Positions 36,364-49,666 of a DNA stretch of 64,000 nt are shown here, piece after piece. Source of the stretch: Eledone cirrhosa (taxonomy: Eukaryota). Within the stretch, counting starts at the first letter, position 1, and each line of letters starts with the position of its first letter. Both the position numbers and the translations under genes were made by a program. The notes beneath the pieces were generated by a model that was not told the DNA's origin, searched no databases, and saw nothing but the letters and a program-made list of their open reading frames with translations. The stretch spans positions 230,392,001 through 230,456,000 of the forward strand of contig OZ024743.1 of assembly GCA_964016885.1 (NCBI GenBank), given 5' to 3'.

Positions 36364-39300
36364 CTTTGAGTCCCAGTCATTGATGTTAGTTAACTGGAAA
36401 GTTTGTTGAAATGAATATCAAGCCACTACCTGCAGCCTCAGATATTCAGGACATATCGGAGAGTTCTTGCTGTTCCCAGAAAGCATGCCTTTTGAAGTGT
36501 TCCAAAAACCGGGGCGGGACCAATATTCTTTAACCATCCCTGGAAACTTTTTGAGATAGTACCTAGTGCGCCTATGACAATCGGGACCACTTTGACATCA
36601 TGGCAGTTCCAAATCCTTTTTACCTCCCACTTTAAGTCCTTGTATCGGTTAATTTTCTCCCTCTCCTTCTCTTGCACTCTCGTGGCGAATGGGCAGGCAA
36701 CACCCACAATCAGGCACGATCTTTTTTCTTTGTCCAAAACCACCAGGTCAGGTCTATTGTGTTCCAGTTTCTTGTCCGTCTGTATCCTAAACTGGATTGG
36801 CAGTATCGGTAGAGGGTCGGACGCCATGCTTTCCAGCATAGTTACGTCCCTTTACGATCTGAGTTCAAATCCCGCCGAGGTTGACTTTGCCTTTCATCCT
36901 TACGGGGTCGATAAAATAAAGTACCAGTAATGCACTGGATAATTGCTGGCCTTGTGCCTAAAGTAGAAACAATCCTAAACTGACATAGCACCTTTACCTG
37001 ATCGTTTTCTATCAACGACTCTGGCTTATGCTCATACCACTTCTCAGAATGTGGTAAATTGTTTACTTTGCATAGGTGCCAGTGGATCACCCTGCCCATC
37101 ACATTACGTCTCCAGCCTTTATAGTGAGTCTGGGCTAGGTGTTTACATTCGGGTACAATGTGAGCCACAGTCTCCTCTCTCTCTCCACAGATCCTGCACA
37201 GTGGGCTAGCCTCCTCCTTGTAAATATGGTGTTTCAGCCACTTCGTTTTGAGGGCCTGCTCTTGCGCACCCATTAGCATTCCTTCTGTAGCCTCTTTAAG
37301 GTCTCCTCTTCTCAACCAGTTCCATGTCTGTGGATCTCTGAATTCCATTTTCTCAAAGAAGTTACTATGAAGGGATTTTTCATGAAGGTTGCTCTTTCTC
37401 CTCGTGGTTATTTCCTCCTTGGACATCCCCTGGTCTATTGTCCTCTCCTTCAGTATAATTCTGAGAATTGGCTCCTTACAATCGGTCACGTATTTGTGTA
37501 GGTTGTTTTTCTCCATCTGAACACAGTCCTCTATGCTGATAAGACCTCTTCCAACTTCAGATCTCCTTAAGTAGAGTCTATCGACATCACTCCTCTTGTT
37601 GTAGATAGTCAATAGCTTCCTAGTCTTCCTATCCATTTCTTTTTGTTCAGCAACATTCCATCTCAGAATTCCCGCACTGTACCTAATAATAGACACAGCT
37701 CGGGAATTTACTGCACTTATTGCATTCCTACTGTTCAGATGTGATTTTAATACGCTCCTTACTCTCCGAATGTATTCAGATCTTATCAATTCCTTCATTT
37801 TTTTGTTCTTGATGTCATCAGCATCCAGAATACCCAAATACTTGTATCCTTCTTCAGTATCAATTCCCTTTATCATCTCACCTGTTGGTACCTGGATTCC
37901 GTTGCTTCTGCTCAATTTACACCTCTTCATCACAAGTACTCCACACTTACTAATACCAAATTGCATACATATATCATTGCTGAAAATACGGACAGTGTCT
38001 ACAAGCACATCCAATTTCTTCTCATTCTTCCCGAAGAGCTTAAGATCGTCCATGAAGAGGAGGTGATTGATGGTAAGCTCTCCCTTTCCCAACTTGTATC
38101 CTGCTCTCACTTTTCGCAGTATAATGGTCAGGGGCATCAGGGCAAACAACAGAGGGAACAGACGATCTCCCTGGAAGATAGATACCTCTCTTGATCTTCA
38201 CGCCTCCCAAGGATTCTCCAGGCAATGTTAACTCTGTTTTCCAGGACTTCATACTTTTGCTCAACAACTGTCTGATGTTATCTGCCACCTTGACACTCTA
38301 AGGCTTTTGGTGATCCAAGAATGAGGCACCATGTCAAATGCCATTTTGCAGTTTATCCATCCAATGGCGAGACCAGTGCGTCTCCTCTTGCAATTCCTCA
38401 TTACGATCTTATCAATAAATAACTGGTCCTTTGTACCACGGGACTTCTTTCGGCATCCTTTCTGTTCTTCCGTTAACAAGTTGTTTGTGTGGCGGTGATG
38501 GTAGATTTCCTCAGACACAATGTTTGTCAACAGTTTCCACATTACGGACAGACATGTGATAGGTCTATAGTTGGTAACATCATTACCCTTGATTAGGTCT
38601 TTCATTAGCAGAACTGTGGTACCTTTTGTCAAGCACTCTGGTACCTCACCCGCCATCAAGTAGTCATTGAACATGGTTGTCAGTTTCGGGTGGAGGGATG
38701 TTATATTTTTAAACCAATACCCCTGCACACCATCTGGGACTGGTGATTTCCAGTTGGTTAGTTTTTTGGCCTGCCCTTTAAGAGTTTCAACTGTGATACT
38801 CAAATCAGTTTGTTGGTGTGCCTGTTCACTAATCTCCTTCTGTACTGTCTCAATCCACACTGCCTGGTCATTATGTTTAACATCCTGCTCCCATATTCCA
38901 CTCCAAAATGTCTTAGTTTGTTGCGCCTCGGGGATCAAGCCGTTGCCTCTTTCTTTCCCTTCAAGCTGTCCAAACAACATCTTCTGGTTGTTGTCAAACA
39001 TTCTGTTCTATCTATACTGACTGACTCTGCTCTCGTATTGCCTAATGTTTGCACTCTTTGCTACAATGCGTTGCTTCAGTTCCTCTATGATAATATTTAT
39101 CTTTTTTCTCCTAGTGTTGTACTTTATTTCCAGTCTATTTTTAGTGTCTAAGTTTTTTAGTGTCCCATTCAGTAGGGGCTCAAGCTTTCCAACGTCATTT
39201 CTCATTTCCCTGATTTAAGTATTCAGTCGTTTCTTCTACCAAGGTTCTGATCTCTCTTCTTTGTTGTTTCCTCTCGCTTTTATGCCAAGTAATTTCCTCA

Positions 39301-39700
39301 CCGCATTTGCTGTTGCTTTGAGGATATTGTTGCACTGGTGAAGGCTCCTCGCCTCAAGGTGCGGGATGATTCTGTTTACCTTAGCTCTTGTTTCTTTTAA
39401 CTTTTTCCTGTCTACAAATCTTAGGTTCGTAGGTTTCCCAATATAATTGTACATTTCATCTACCACTAAGTTTAGGATATCAACCAAATCTTGTCCTAGC
39501 CCGTCAGCATTCATTTCCCCAATGGCCGCATCTTTGTTCCAGGTATTATTTATTTCAGCATTCAGATCATTGTCTTCTTCTGATGGTTCATCCGTTCTCT
39601 CAACCTCTTCACCTTCATTTCCCACTGGCTCGTTTGCCTGGCATACTCCACTCTCCATTTCACCGTTATTCGAACTGTTTAGGTTCGACATTTAAGCACT
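36364..39700 (-). mobile_element. R4/Dong-like non-LTR retrotransposon (RT, CCHC finger, restriction-like endonuclease), decayed
   Basis: NYRPITCL, EQKGCR, AFDMVPH, HLLFMDDLKLF, YKYLG, CRICGEREETVAHIVPEC, RPDLVVLD...VACP...EKINRY...VPIVIGALG; frameshifted across ORFs 36438-39691; 3' end abuts (AAT)n. Confidence 0.92.
36795..36971 (+). mobile_element. SINE family A inserted in the R4/Dong element with 11-bp TSD
   Basis: TSD atcctaaactg at 36784-36794 and 36972-36982; removing the SINE and one TSD restores KVLCQFRIQTDKKLEHNRPD. Confidence 0.96.
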
Positions 39701-40109
39701 CATAACGAGGATTGGTGAATGTATGGTTACATAACTACCGGTGATTTCATCACTCCCGGTGATTTTAGCGTGGCACCATCACGCTGTACACGAACGTAAA
39801 AAAACAAACAAACAAATAGATAAAAAACCTTAAAAAAACAAAAACAACAAAAACAAACACATGTTTCATTGTAATATTTGAATGTCTGACTTAGCTTTTC
39901 TTTCCTTTTTTTCTCCCTTTTTTGTTTGTTTTTCTCCTTTGCGTTTTTCGTTTTACAAGGCCAATAACATCGGTTGTTGTTGCTGCTGCTGCTAAGGGAA
40001 GTAGGGGTTGTTGTGTTCAAAATGTTTGAAACCCGTGTCCGTGTTGCGTTTGCTTCTGTCTGTGTTCTGTCCTATAACTTTTCGACTATAATTTTTTCTA
40101 TAATTTTTT

Positions 40110-40206
40110 TCCCCTTTCATCCCTACGTGGCCGACACCACAAAGCACCTGCAATACACCGGGACAATTGCTGGCCCCGAGCCAAAGTATTATTATTATTA
40201 TTATTA
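40110..40206 (+). mobile_element. Degenerate SINE 3' fragment with (ATT)n tail
   Basis: 'cctttcatccctacgtggccga...aattgctggcccc...aaagtattattatt'. Confidence 0.6.
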
Positions 40207-40669
40207 GCCACCTACGTAGTAAATCGTATCATCGTGAGCTCCGCAAAGGTTTGTTATTTTTAGTTGTTCAAACTTGCCATTCATGGAAAATTTTATTGTT
40301 AACTGTATATAAGTGCACATACATTGTTATCTGAAAAGGACACCCCAAAAGATTGGGGCCTTGAGCCCAAAATTTAAACTTTTATAATTATCAAACAAAA
40401 AATGTTTCTTTGAAAAATCATGGCTGGCTCAGAGTCACTCCTTTCTCACAAACTAACACCTCACACCGACACCACCATTGTAAATATTACTACGTTTGCC
40501 AAAACTAAAAAAAAAAATATACAGTATCAATATTTCAAATTTGTCTCAGGCAGATATTCATTTCCCGCCATTACCAATGACTGCAGGTGTTAAAGCCGAC
40601 ACCACCACCACCGCGACAACCCCCCCCCCCCCCACCACCACTACCGCGACAACAGAAACAAAAGAAAAA

Positions 40670-43600
40670 AATGCGCGTGGCTTGGGGTCGTTATGGCAGC
40701 AAGGCAACCTGCTCAACGACCTCAGGTCACTAAACGTAGATGTAGTGGCCTCAGCGAGACCAGAATCTCCGAAGCACTGGCCTTCGCACCGATCTTCGGC
40801 GGCTACGATGTGTACGCATCTCCCAGCCGTCCGGGATTGGGGGCGGAGTTGCTGTGCTTTTTCGGAGAGGTTTGGATCTTGCCATACGGGCCATCTTCCT
40901 GGACCCAGAAGGTAAGTTGGTGGTGCTGGACGTGACCAGCTGAGACGGGCAAGCTTTCAGGTTAGTGGCCGTCTATGCCCCGACAGGAGCAGGGCGGCCT
41001 GATTTGTTCCGGCGTCTGGAGACGTTTCTTGGAATGTCCCGCTCTTTAGTGTTAGTGGGCGACTGGTACGGGATCTTAGATGCACGCTGGGGCTGTGTGG
41101 GATTAGTGGATAGGGGAGGAGGGTCCAAGAGTCTCACCAACCTGCTCAGGCGTTTTGAACTGTCTGACAGGTACCGATTGGATTTCCCTATTGTGCCAAT
41201 GTGGACTTGGACAAATCGTATAGGGTCATACAGATCATATCTAGATAGAGTATTTTGTAGGGAAATAGATAGGTCTAGCATAGGCAGTCCACAATTCAAG
41301 ATAGTCAGCTACACGGACCACAAATTCGTGATCTGTGTGCTTGACTTAGATAGGCTTCATAGACGAGGACCCGGCTACCGGAAGCTAAACGCGTCCTTAC
41401 CAGCGAGCAAGGCCTACAGAGACCGGATTAGCGAACTAGTTAAGCGAGCGTTGACGGGGGCCATCGTCAACAACAAGTGGTGGTTTGCTCTGAAAAGAGC
41501 AATTAGAATAGAGTCCATTAGGTTTAGTAAGGCTTTAGCAATAGAGAAAAATAGAGCAGAGGCAGAATTAGTTAGAAAATTAGACGAGGCGCTTAGCAAA
41601 AGCATCGCGACCGACGTACTTGCGGCGAAATTGACCGTTGACCAATTCTTCAATGCAAAGCACGAAGGCTGCGTTGTCAGAGCTAGGTTGCGTGCTCTCA
41701 GACACGAGGGGACGAAAGCCGTTCAATGGGCTCGAGTGGCGGAGGCGCGTCATGGCAACAAAGCCACGATCCGGTCTTTGGTGGACCACGACGGGCGCAT
41801 GCTACTCGATCCCGGGCAAATGTGTGAAGCTTTTCAGCGACATTTCGCACAGCTGTTCGGGGGCAGTGGCGGGCCGGATCGAGGGATGGACTTTAGTGTC
41901 TAACTCGACGGACTGCCGCGGCTCTCGGCCACTGAGGCGGAGTGTTGCGAAAAGCAGAGAACAGCCGCTGAAGTACGGGAGGCAATGACTGGCTGCACAA
42001 GGAGTAAATCGCTTGGTTTGGATGGTCTGGCCTATGAACTTTACGTACAGATGCCAGACTTGTTCGGAGGCCTCTTGGCGTACTTCTACTGCAACTGGCA
42101 ACAGAACGGGAGATTTTCCAGCTCTGTGAGCCGAGGAGCAGTGGTGCTGCTGAGAAAGGATCCGAACAAGAGGGATAACATAGATAATTTCAGGCCCATA
42201 ACTCTGCTAAACACAGAGTTCAAGATTTTGGCCAAGGTGCTAGCAAAGAGGTTGGCGCTTGTCGTTGGTGGTCTGGTGGGAGAGGCACAGACATGCGCCA
42301 TTCCCGACAGATCCATCCATGACAACCTCCACCTCATGCGATACATCGTAGAGAGTGTAGCTAGGGAACCTGGCTCGGGTGGCTCCTTGATCTATTTAGA
42401 TCAGTCGAAAGCTTTCGATAGGGTCGACCATCGTTACCTAGCGGCAGTCCTGAGGGCGATGGCTTTGGGCCCGTCTTCAGAGGCTGGATCGCTGCCATGC
42501 ACAGCGACATCTGCTCTGTGGTGAGAGTGAACGGTCACCTTTCGGAACCGTTCAACATCATGCGCTCGGTCCGCAAAGGATATCCCCTCTCGTCCCTCTT
42601 GTACCTATTGACTCTCGAGCCATTACTGCACAAACTGGAGACGTTGAGGGGCGTCCCGCGCGAACTAGGATGCGGAAGATCCGTGTCAGCATATGAGGAC
42701 GATGTCACCGTAGTGGTGTCGAACGCAAAACACATCGAGGCGATCGGCACTACACTAAGAGAATACGAAGCGGTGACAGGAGCAATGATCAACCAGGAAA
42801 AGTTAGTCGGCCTGCAGCTCGGCACCTGGAGAGGTAGGTCCATGCCGTCCAACAGCGTCGTCGGGCGCTGGATGGACGGACCAGTTAAATTGCTAGGGGT
42901 CTGTTTCGATGCGGACCTCCAGACGGACAAAAACTGGGACGAGGTGACGAGCAGGGTGGCTTTTCTCACCCAGAAATGGGCCGAGAGGAAGCTATCCGTG
43001 AAAGGTCGAGCGGAGGTGGTTAACGCGTACATCGCGTCCGTCATTTACTACCGCCTGACCGTCGTACCTTGTCCTAAGCCCCGTCTGACGTTTGCTCTTT
43101 CACGTGTTGTGGAAGGGACGCGCTCCGATGGTCAGGCGGCCCATCTGCTGTCAACACCCGCTACGTGGAGGGCGGGGAATGCCGTGGCTGATGATGCGCA
43201 GACACGCGCTCAGGCTACGACATCTCCACCTCTTCCTCGATGGTGATCAGGCGTGGTCGCCGTTTGCTAGACACGTCTTTCCCCAGCTCGTCTCCTTGAT
43301 GGAACTGCAGTCCTGGGTCAAGCGAGGACCGAGATGGAGCGCTTGGAGACTGGAATGTCTTCAAGCGCTCACAGCCCTCGACCAATCGGGCAATGTGATC
43401 GGTGGAAACTCCACCTTGGCGTTCTATAGAGGATTAGTGGAGGGGAAGAGCGACGACGTACTTGGAGAAACTCTAGGCGTCGACGAAATTCAACTAGCCA
43501 ATCTCTTCGGAAGGACTTTCGGGTCGGTGCCTATGGACAACTTCCAGAAATCCCTGGCCTGGCAGTGCTACCGCGGAGCTGTGCCAGTTCGGGATAAACC

Positions 43601-44318
43601 CTACAGGCATGGAGGTGCCGTCAGCCAGGCATGTCCGAGATGCGCGCAGAGCGATGAAACCGTCCTGCACGCAATCGTCCAGTGTCCGAGCATTGCTGAC
43701 TTGTTGGTTTATGTCGAACACCTGCTGTCATGTGTAGGACGGATCCATCTATCAGCTGAGTCCATCGTGATGATTGCCCCGCCCTCTTCCTTTAGCTGGG
43801 AAGGGCAGGCAGTTTTTATCTATCTGGTGGCCATGGCGAAAGAGATATTATGGTGGACACGTTTGAAAGGGCTGAAGACAAGCACTTACCTCTTCGGTGA
43901 TGCCCTGATTAACTTTTTCAAATTTCATTTGAAAAGGAAAATCAGGGTAGAGAGGGAAGTGCTCTCTTCCCAGCATTTTGTTGAAAGATGTGTGAGAGAA
44001 GCAAGTATGGCCCGAGTGAATGGGCGTACTCTGATTATGTGCCTGTAAATTAAAGGTGGAAAACTGGGAAAGGGCACTTGCTCTGGTGGTCAGGGTCACT
44101 GTGGCTTTTTAATGGGCTTTCTCCACAAATGTCCCTCAGAAGTCTCCCCCTATTTGGGAATTTTTCATTGTTATTTTTTATCACATCCTCTGTTTTTTTT
44201 ACACGCAGAAATGCCCATTTGTACCGTCCTGTATTGTCCTGTACTGTCCTTAATGTCTACTTTATGTAAACCTTTGTGGTTAATAAAGAAAGCATTATTA
44301 TTATTATTATTATTATTA
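40670..44318 (+). mobile_element. Tx1-type LINE, near-complete ORF2 with frameshifts, (ATT)n 3' end
   Basis: APE motifs (NARGL, VYAP, VGDW, SYLDR, TDH); RT motifs (NFRPITLLN, DQSKAFDRVDH, YEDD = mutated YADD); C-terminal CPRC...HAIVQC; 3' aataaa plus att repeats. Confidence 0.95.
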
Positions 44319-44469
44319 CAGTTGCATTTATCTTACTTTATCTTCATACGAGTTATCACCAAGTCACAACCAGTGACCTCAAGAGACAACAAGGTCCGCC
44401 ATGTTCAAGAAAGAACATACATACTCACACATGCATCTTTAGTGTTTAGACGTGTGATATACTTATATT

Positions 44470-46914
44470 GATTTCTTCCGGCGTCTGGAGACCTTTCTTG
44501 GAACGTCCCGCTCTTTAGTGTTAGTGGGCGACTGGAACGGGATCTTAGATGCACGCTGGGACTGTGTGGGATTAGCGGATAGGGGTGGAGGGTGCAAGAG
44601 CCTCACCAACCTGCTCAGGCGTTTTGAACTGTCTGACAGGTACCGATTGGATTTCCCGAATGTGCCAATGTGGACTTGGACAAACCGCATAGGGTCATCC
44701 AGATCATATCTAGATAGAGTATTTTGTAGGGAAATAGATAGGTGTAGCATAGGCTGTCCACAAATCAAGATAATCAGCTACACGGACCACAAATTTGTGA
44801 TCTGTGTGCTTGACTTAGATAGGCTTCATAGACGAGGACCCGGCTACTGGAAGCTAAACGCGTCCTTACCAGCGAGCAAGGCCTACAGAGACCGGATTAG
44901 CGAACTAGTTAAGCGGGCGTTGACGGGGGCCATCGTCAACAACAAGTGGTGGTTTGCTCTGAAAAGAGCGATTAGAATAGAATCGATTAGGTTTAGTAAG
45001 GCTTTAGCAATAGAGAAAAATAGAGCAGAGGGAGAACTAGTTAGAAAATTAGACGAGGCGCTTAGCAATGGCATTGCGACCGACGTGCTTGCGGCGAAAT
45101 TGGCCCTTGACCATTTCTTCAATGCAAAGCACGAAGGCTGCGTTGTCAGAGCAAGAGTGCGTGCTCTCAGACAAGAGGGGACGAAAGCCGTTCAATGGGC
45201 CCGAGTGGCGGAGGCGCGTCGTGGCAACAAAGCCACGAACCGGTCTTTGGTGGACCACGACGGGCGCATGCTACTCGATCCCGGGCAAATGTTTGAAGCT
45301 TTTCAGCGACACTTCGCTCAGCTGTTCGGGGGAAGCGGTGGGCCGGGTAGAGGGATGGACTTTAGTGTCTACCTCGACGGACTGCCGCGGCTCTCGGCCA
45401 CTGAGGCGAAGTGTTGCGAAAAGCCGATAACAGCTGCTGAAGTAAGGGAGGCAATGACTGGCTGCACAAGGGGTAAATAGCCTGGTTTGGATGGTCTGCC
45501 CTATGAACTTTACGTACAGATGCCAGACTTGTTCGGAGGCCTCTTGGCGGACGTCTACTGCAACTGGCAACAGAACGGGAGAATTCCCAGTTCTGTGAGC
45601 CGAAAGGTCGAGCTGAGGTGGGTAACGCGTACATCGCGTCTGTCATCTGCTAAGGCCTGACCGTCGTACCTTGTCCTAAGCCTCGCCTGACTGCGCTGGA
45701 GCGTTTGCTCTTTCGCTTTTTGTGGAAGGGACGCGCTCCGATGGTCAGGCGGTCCATCTGTTGTCAACACCCGCTACGTGGAGGGCTGGGCATGCCGTGG
45801 CTGATGATGCGCAGGCACGCGCTCAGGCTACGACATCTCCACCTCTTCCTCGACGGTGATCAGGTGTGGTCGCCGTTTGCTAGGCGCGTATTTCCCCAGC
45901 TCGTTTCCTTGACGGAGCTGCAGTCCTGGGTCAAGCGAAGACCGAGAGGGAGCGCTTGGAGACTGGAATGTTTTCAGGCGCTCACAGCCCTCGACCAATC
46001 GGGCAATGTGATCGGTGGAAACTCCACCTCGGCGTTCTATAGAGGATTAGTGGAGGGTAAGAGCAACGACGTACTTGGGGAAACTCTAGGCGTCGACGAA
46101 AATCAACTAGCCAATCTCTTCGGAAGAACTTTCGGGCCGGGGCCTATGGACAATTTCCAGAAATCTCTGACCTGGCAGTGCTACCGAAGAGCCTTGCCAG
46201 TTCGGGATAAACTCTACAGGCATGGAGGTGCCGTCAGCCGGGCATGTCCGAGATGCGCGCAGGGCGACGAAACCGTCCTGCACGCACTCGTCCAGTGTCC
46301 GAAAATTGCTGACTTGTGGGTTTATGTCGAACACCTGCTGTCGCGTTTAGGACGGATCCAGCTATCATCTGAGTCCATCGTGAGGATTGCCCCGCCCTCC
46401 TCCTTTAGCCGGGAAGGGCAGGCAGTTTTTATCTGTCTGGTGGCCATGGCGAAAGAGATAGTATGGTGGACACGTTTGAAAGGGCTGAAGACGAGCACTT
46501 ACCTCTTCGGTGATGCTCTGATTGACTTTTTCAAATTTCATTTGAAAAGGAAAATCAGAGTAGAGAGGGAAGTGCTCTCTTCCCAGCATTTTGTTGAAAG
46601 ATGGGTGAGAGAAGCAAGAATGGCCCGAGTGAATGGGCCTACTCTGAGTATATATCTGTAAATTAAAGGTGGAAAACTGGGAGAGGGCACTTGCCTTGGT
46701 GGTCATTGTGGCTTTTTACTGGGCTGTCTCCACAAATGTCCCTCCGAAGTCTCCCCCCTATTGGGGAATTTTTCATTGTTATTTTCATTGTTATTTTTGT
46801 TACATCCTCTGTTTTTGTTTTTTACACGCAGAAATGCCCATTTGTACCGTCCTGCATTGTCCTGCACTGTCCTTAATGTCTACTTTATGTAAACCCTTGT
46901 GGTTAATAAAGAAA

Positions 46915-46956
<42 letters not shown>
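44470..46956 (+). mobile_element. Second Tx1 copy, 5'-truncated, RT core deleted
   Basis: Highly similar to 41001-44318 but jumps at ~45603 from the equivalent of ~42134 to ~43000. Confidence 0.95.
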
Positions 46957-46957
<1 letters not shown>

Positions 46958-47815
46958 TTTCAAAGTAAAGAGTCTCATGAATGATTCAAAATCAAACATA
47001 TGTCTTGTCTCTAAAAACAGCTCAAGATAGTTTTCAGAGAATAAAATAGAGCCTTATTTATTATAAGAAAATGATTTATATATATTCATACACAGATAAC
47101 TGTGCACTAAGACATATCAAAACATAGAACTAGAGTCAATCTACACTGAAAATAAGACCACATAATACGGTGAATATCTTATTCAATTTAATAAAAGATT
47201 TAAAACAATATACCTGATAACCATCAAAATATTTCCCTGATTTTGTGGAGAATTCATATGAGGGAAATATAATTGATCGTTATGAGGTATTTTGTTTTAA
47301 ATTTTTATCTTTTAAATTCTATCTTGAGCTGTTTTTAGAGGCAAGACATATGTTTGATTTTGTATCATTCATGACACTCTTTTCTTTGAAAGTAATCATA
47401 ATTATATGTCAGCTCCTTATTTGGTGAGCTGTTTATCGTCGAGAGGTAGGACTGCTATTTCTAGCGAACGAGAACCCTTCACATCGTTGGGAATGCTAAA
47501 ATTCATGTGTTGAGACCATGCACGTTTAGCCACTTTCAACACTGGATTTAGTGAGATTAGATGATCTTGAAATTCCCTCACTGATGATCCGTTTCAAAAT
47601 ATCTAATTTCGCCGTTATTTGGTGAAATGTATTCTGATTTTGTGGAGAATACATATGAGGGAAATATTTTGATGGGTATCAGGTATTCTGTTTTAATTGT
47701 TTTATTAAATTTAATAAGATACTCGACGAATTATGTAATCTTACTTTCAGTGCAGATTGTCTCTAGTTCTAAGTTTTGATATGTCTTAGTGCACACTTAT
47801 GTGTGTATGAATATA
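46953..47815. repeat. Interleaved inverted repeats (pLTR-like fold-back)
   Basis: 46953-47030 pairs with 47319-47396; 47081-47238 pairs with 47658-47815; 47238-47300 is a direct partial copy of 47635-47695. Confidence 0.85.
47573..47663 (+). ncRNA. Type I hammerhead ribozyme with long (9-bp) stem III
   Basis: UUCCCUCA|CUGAUGA|weak stem II|GAAA UGUAUUCU-loop-AGAAUACA U A|UGAGGGAA. Confidence 0.78.
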
Positions 47816-47851
47816 CTTCAATCACTTTCTTATGTATATATATATATATAA

Positions 47852-47920
<69 letters not shown>

Positions 47921-48034
47921 CAGGGACGGTGGAACAGGAGGGCGGGGCGACAGGGGTCCATATCCCCTCCCCAATAATTATATTTTTCTCCTTAAACTAT
48001 CAAAGCACACATCTAGTTACAATATATGTACATG

Positions 48035-49030
48035 TAGATATAGAGAGGGGGAGAGCTTAATATTAATTCATAGAGAGATGAGGATTTGGAGATAATTTTG
48101 TATGTATGGTTGATGTAGAGAGGGGGTGCGTTTGCTGTTAATTGATAGAGAGAGGCGGATTGTGAAAGAGTGAGGGGATTGATAGAAAAAGTTATTGAAA
48201 TATTTAGAGAGGGGAAAGTTAGGTAGTGATGGATAGAATGAGAGGAAATAAGAGAGAGTGTTGTATGATAGATATAATGAGAGAGTTGGAAAAGTGTGTT
48301 GTATATTAGTTATATAGAGGGGGAGAAATTGATGTTTATTGATATAGAGAGAGGTATTGGAAAATAATTCTGTGTAGTAGATATAGAGAGGCGGATTGTG
48401 AGAGATTGTTGAATGGTTGAATGTATAGAGTGAGATGATGTTTTGATAGATATAAAGAGCGGGAGAGTATGGTAGTGATAGGTAGAATGAGAGAGAATGA
48501 AAGAATCTGTTGTATGGTAGATAGAGAGAGGGAGATAGTTTGGTGGTAATTGATATAGAGAGGTGTTAGGGTAAGAATTTCATGTAGTAGAAGTAGAGAG
48601 GGGTAGAGTGTGGTGGTAATTGATATAGAGAGAGGAGGATTGAGAGAGAGCGTGTGGTGTAGTAGATATAGAGAGAATTAGATTTGAATTCTTATATATA
48701 TAATGAGGGTATTGGGAGAGATAAATATTGCTAAATATACAGAGGGAGACTGGATGAGACATTGTCGTGAAATATATAGAAGAGGGAGTTTTTGATGAAT
48801 AGAAACAGAACGATTACGAGAGAGTGTGGTAAAGATGGTGATGGGGAGAGTTTAGAGATGATTGATATAAAGACGGTGATTGGGAGAGTGATTTGTATGT
48901 TAGATATAGAGAGTTAATCAGAGAGTGCCGTGTGGTAGATATCAAGAGGGGTAGAGTTTAGGGGTGATCAATATATAAAGTGTAATTGGAAAAGATAAAT
49001 GTAGATGTTTATAGAGGGGTACTTTAGAAG
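48035..49030. repeat. Degenerate GA-rich repeat region
   Basis: Recurrent 'tagatatagagagagg' and 'aattgatatagagag' motifs. Confidence 0.75.
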
Positions 49031-49061
49031 TACAAAGCTCACCGATAGCTATAATAAATGA

Positions 49062-49114
<53 letters not shown>

Positions 49115-49221
49115 CAGGTGCGATGGAACTGCGAGGAGCAGGAGTGGCCATGCCACCACCCCACCAAAAATAATTATATGTATGTCGATTGTGTTGTTAT
49201 TTCTGTTTACCTTTTACATAT

Positions 49222-49274
<53 letters not shown>

Positions 49275-49278
<4 letters not shown>

Positions 49279-49503
49279 GGAGTTGACGGACCCAGCATGT
49301 TTATCAATGCCAGGTTGTATCTCAGCGTACTCCATGGACGATGTAAGATACATTCCCAGAGTATACAGATAGTTATCCGCTTCAATACGACACATGTAAA
49401 ACGGGTGCCTATATTAGTTCCCGGACTCGAGTTTCGGTCGCACTAATGCAGCAGTAAGGTCCACTGCACCATCCCTCTGCATATATTATGCAACAATGCG
49501 CTA
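49275..49503 (-). mobile_element. pLTR-like fragment homologous to 59380-59605, containing the 3' half of the HHR
   Basis: Minus strand '...gcgaccgaaactcgagtccgggaac...catgctgggtccgtcaac' ending at (TA)n; lacks CUGAUGA. Confidence 0.78.
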
Positions 49504-49666
49504 AAGTCGTGGAAGTTCTTCTATCTGACTGCCTGAAGTACAAGACATTGTAATGCTGGTATTTAAAATTTGATTCCCCAAATGCGAGGTATCGTTTTTT
49601 ACCCACAGTCTCTGAAGTCCCTCTAGCTTCGTAAATTACTGCTTCGAATTGTTGAAATTATATTCA

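Noticed and set aside
47917-49175. hAT-like 'caggg..ggtggaac' ends at ~47920 and ~49115 as TIRs of one transposon
   Set aside because: Both are in the same orientation, diverged, with no TSD or transposase.
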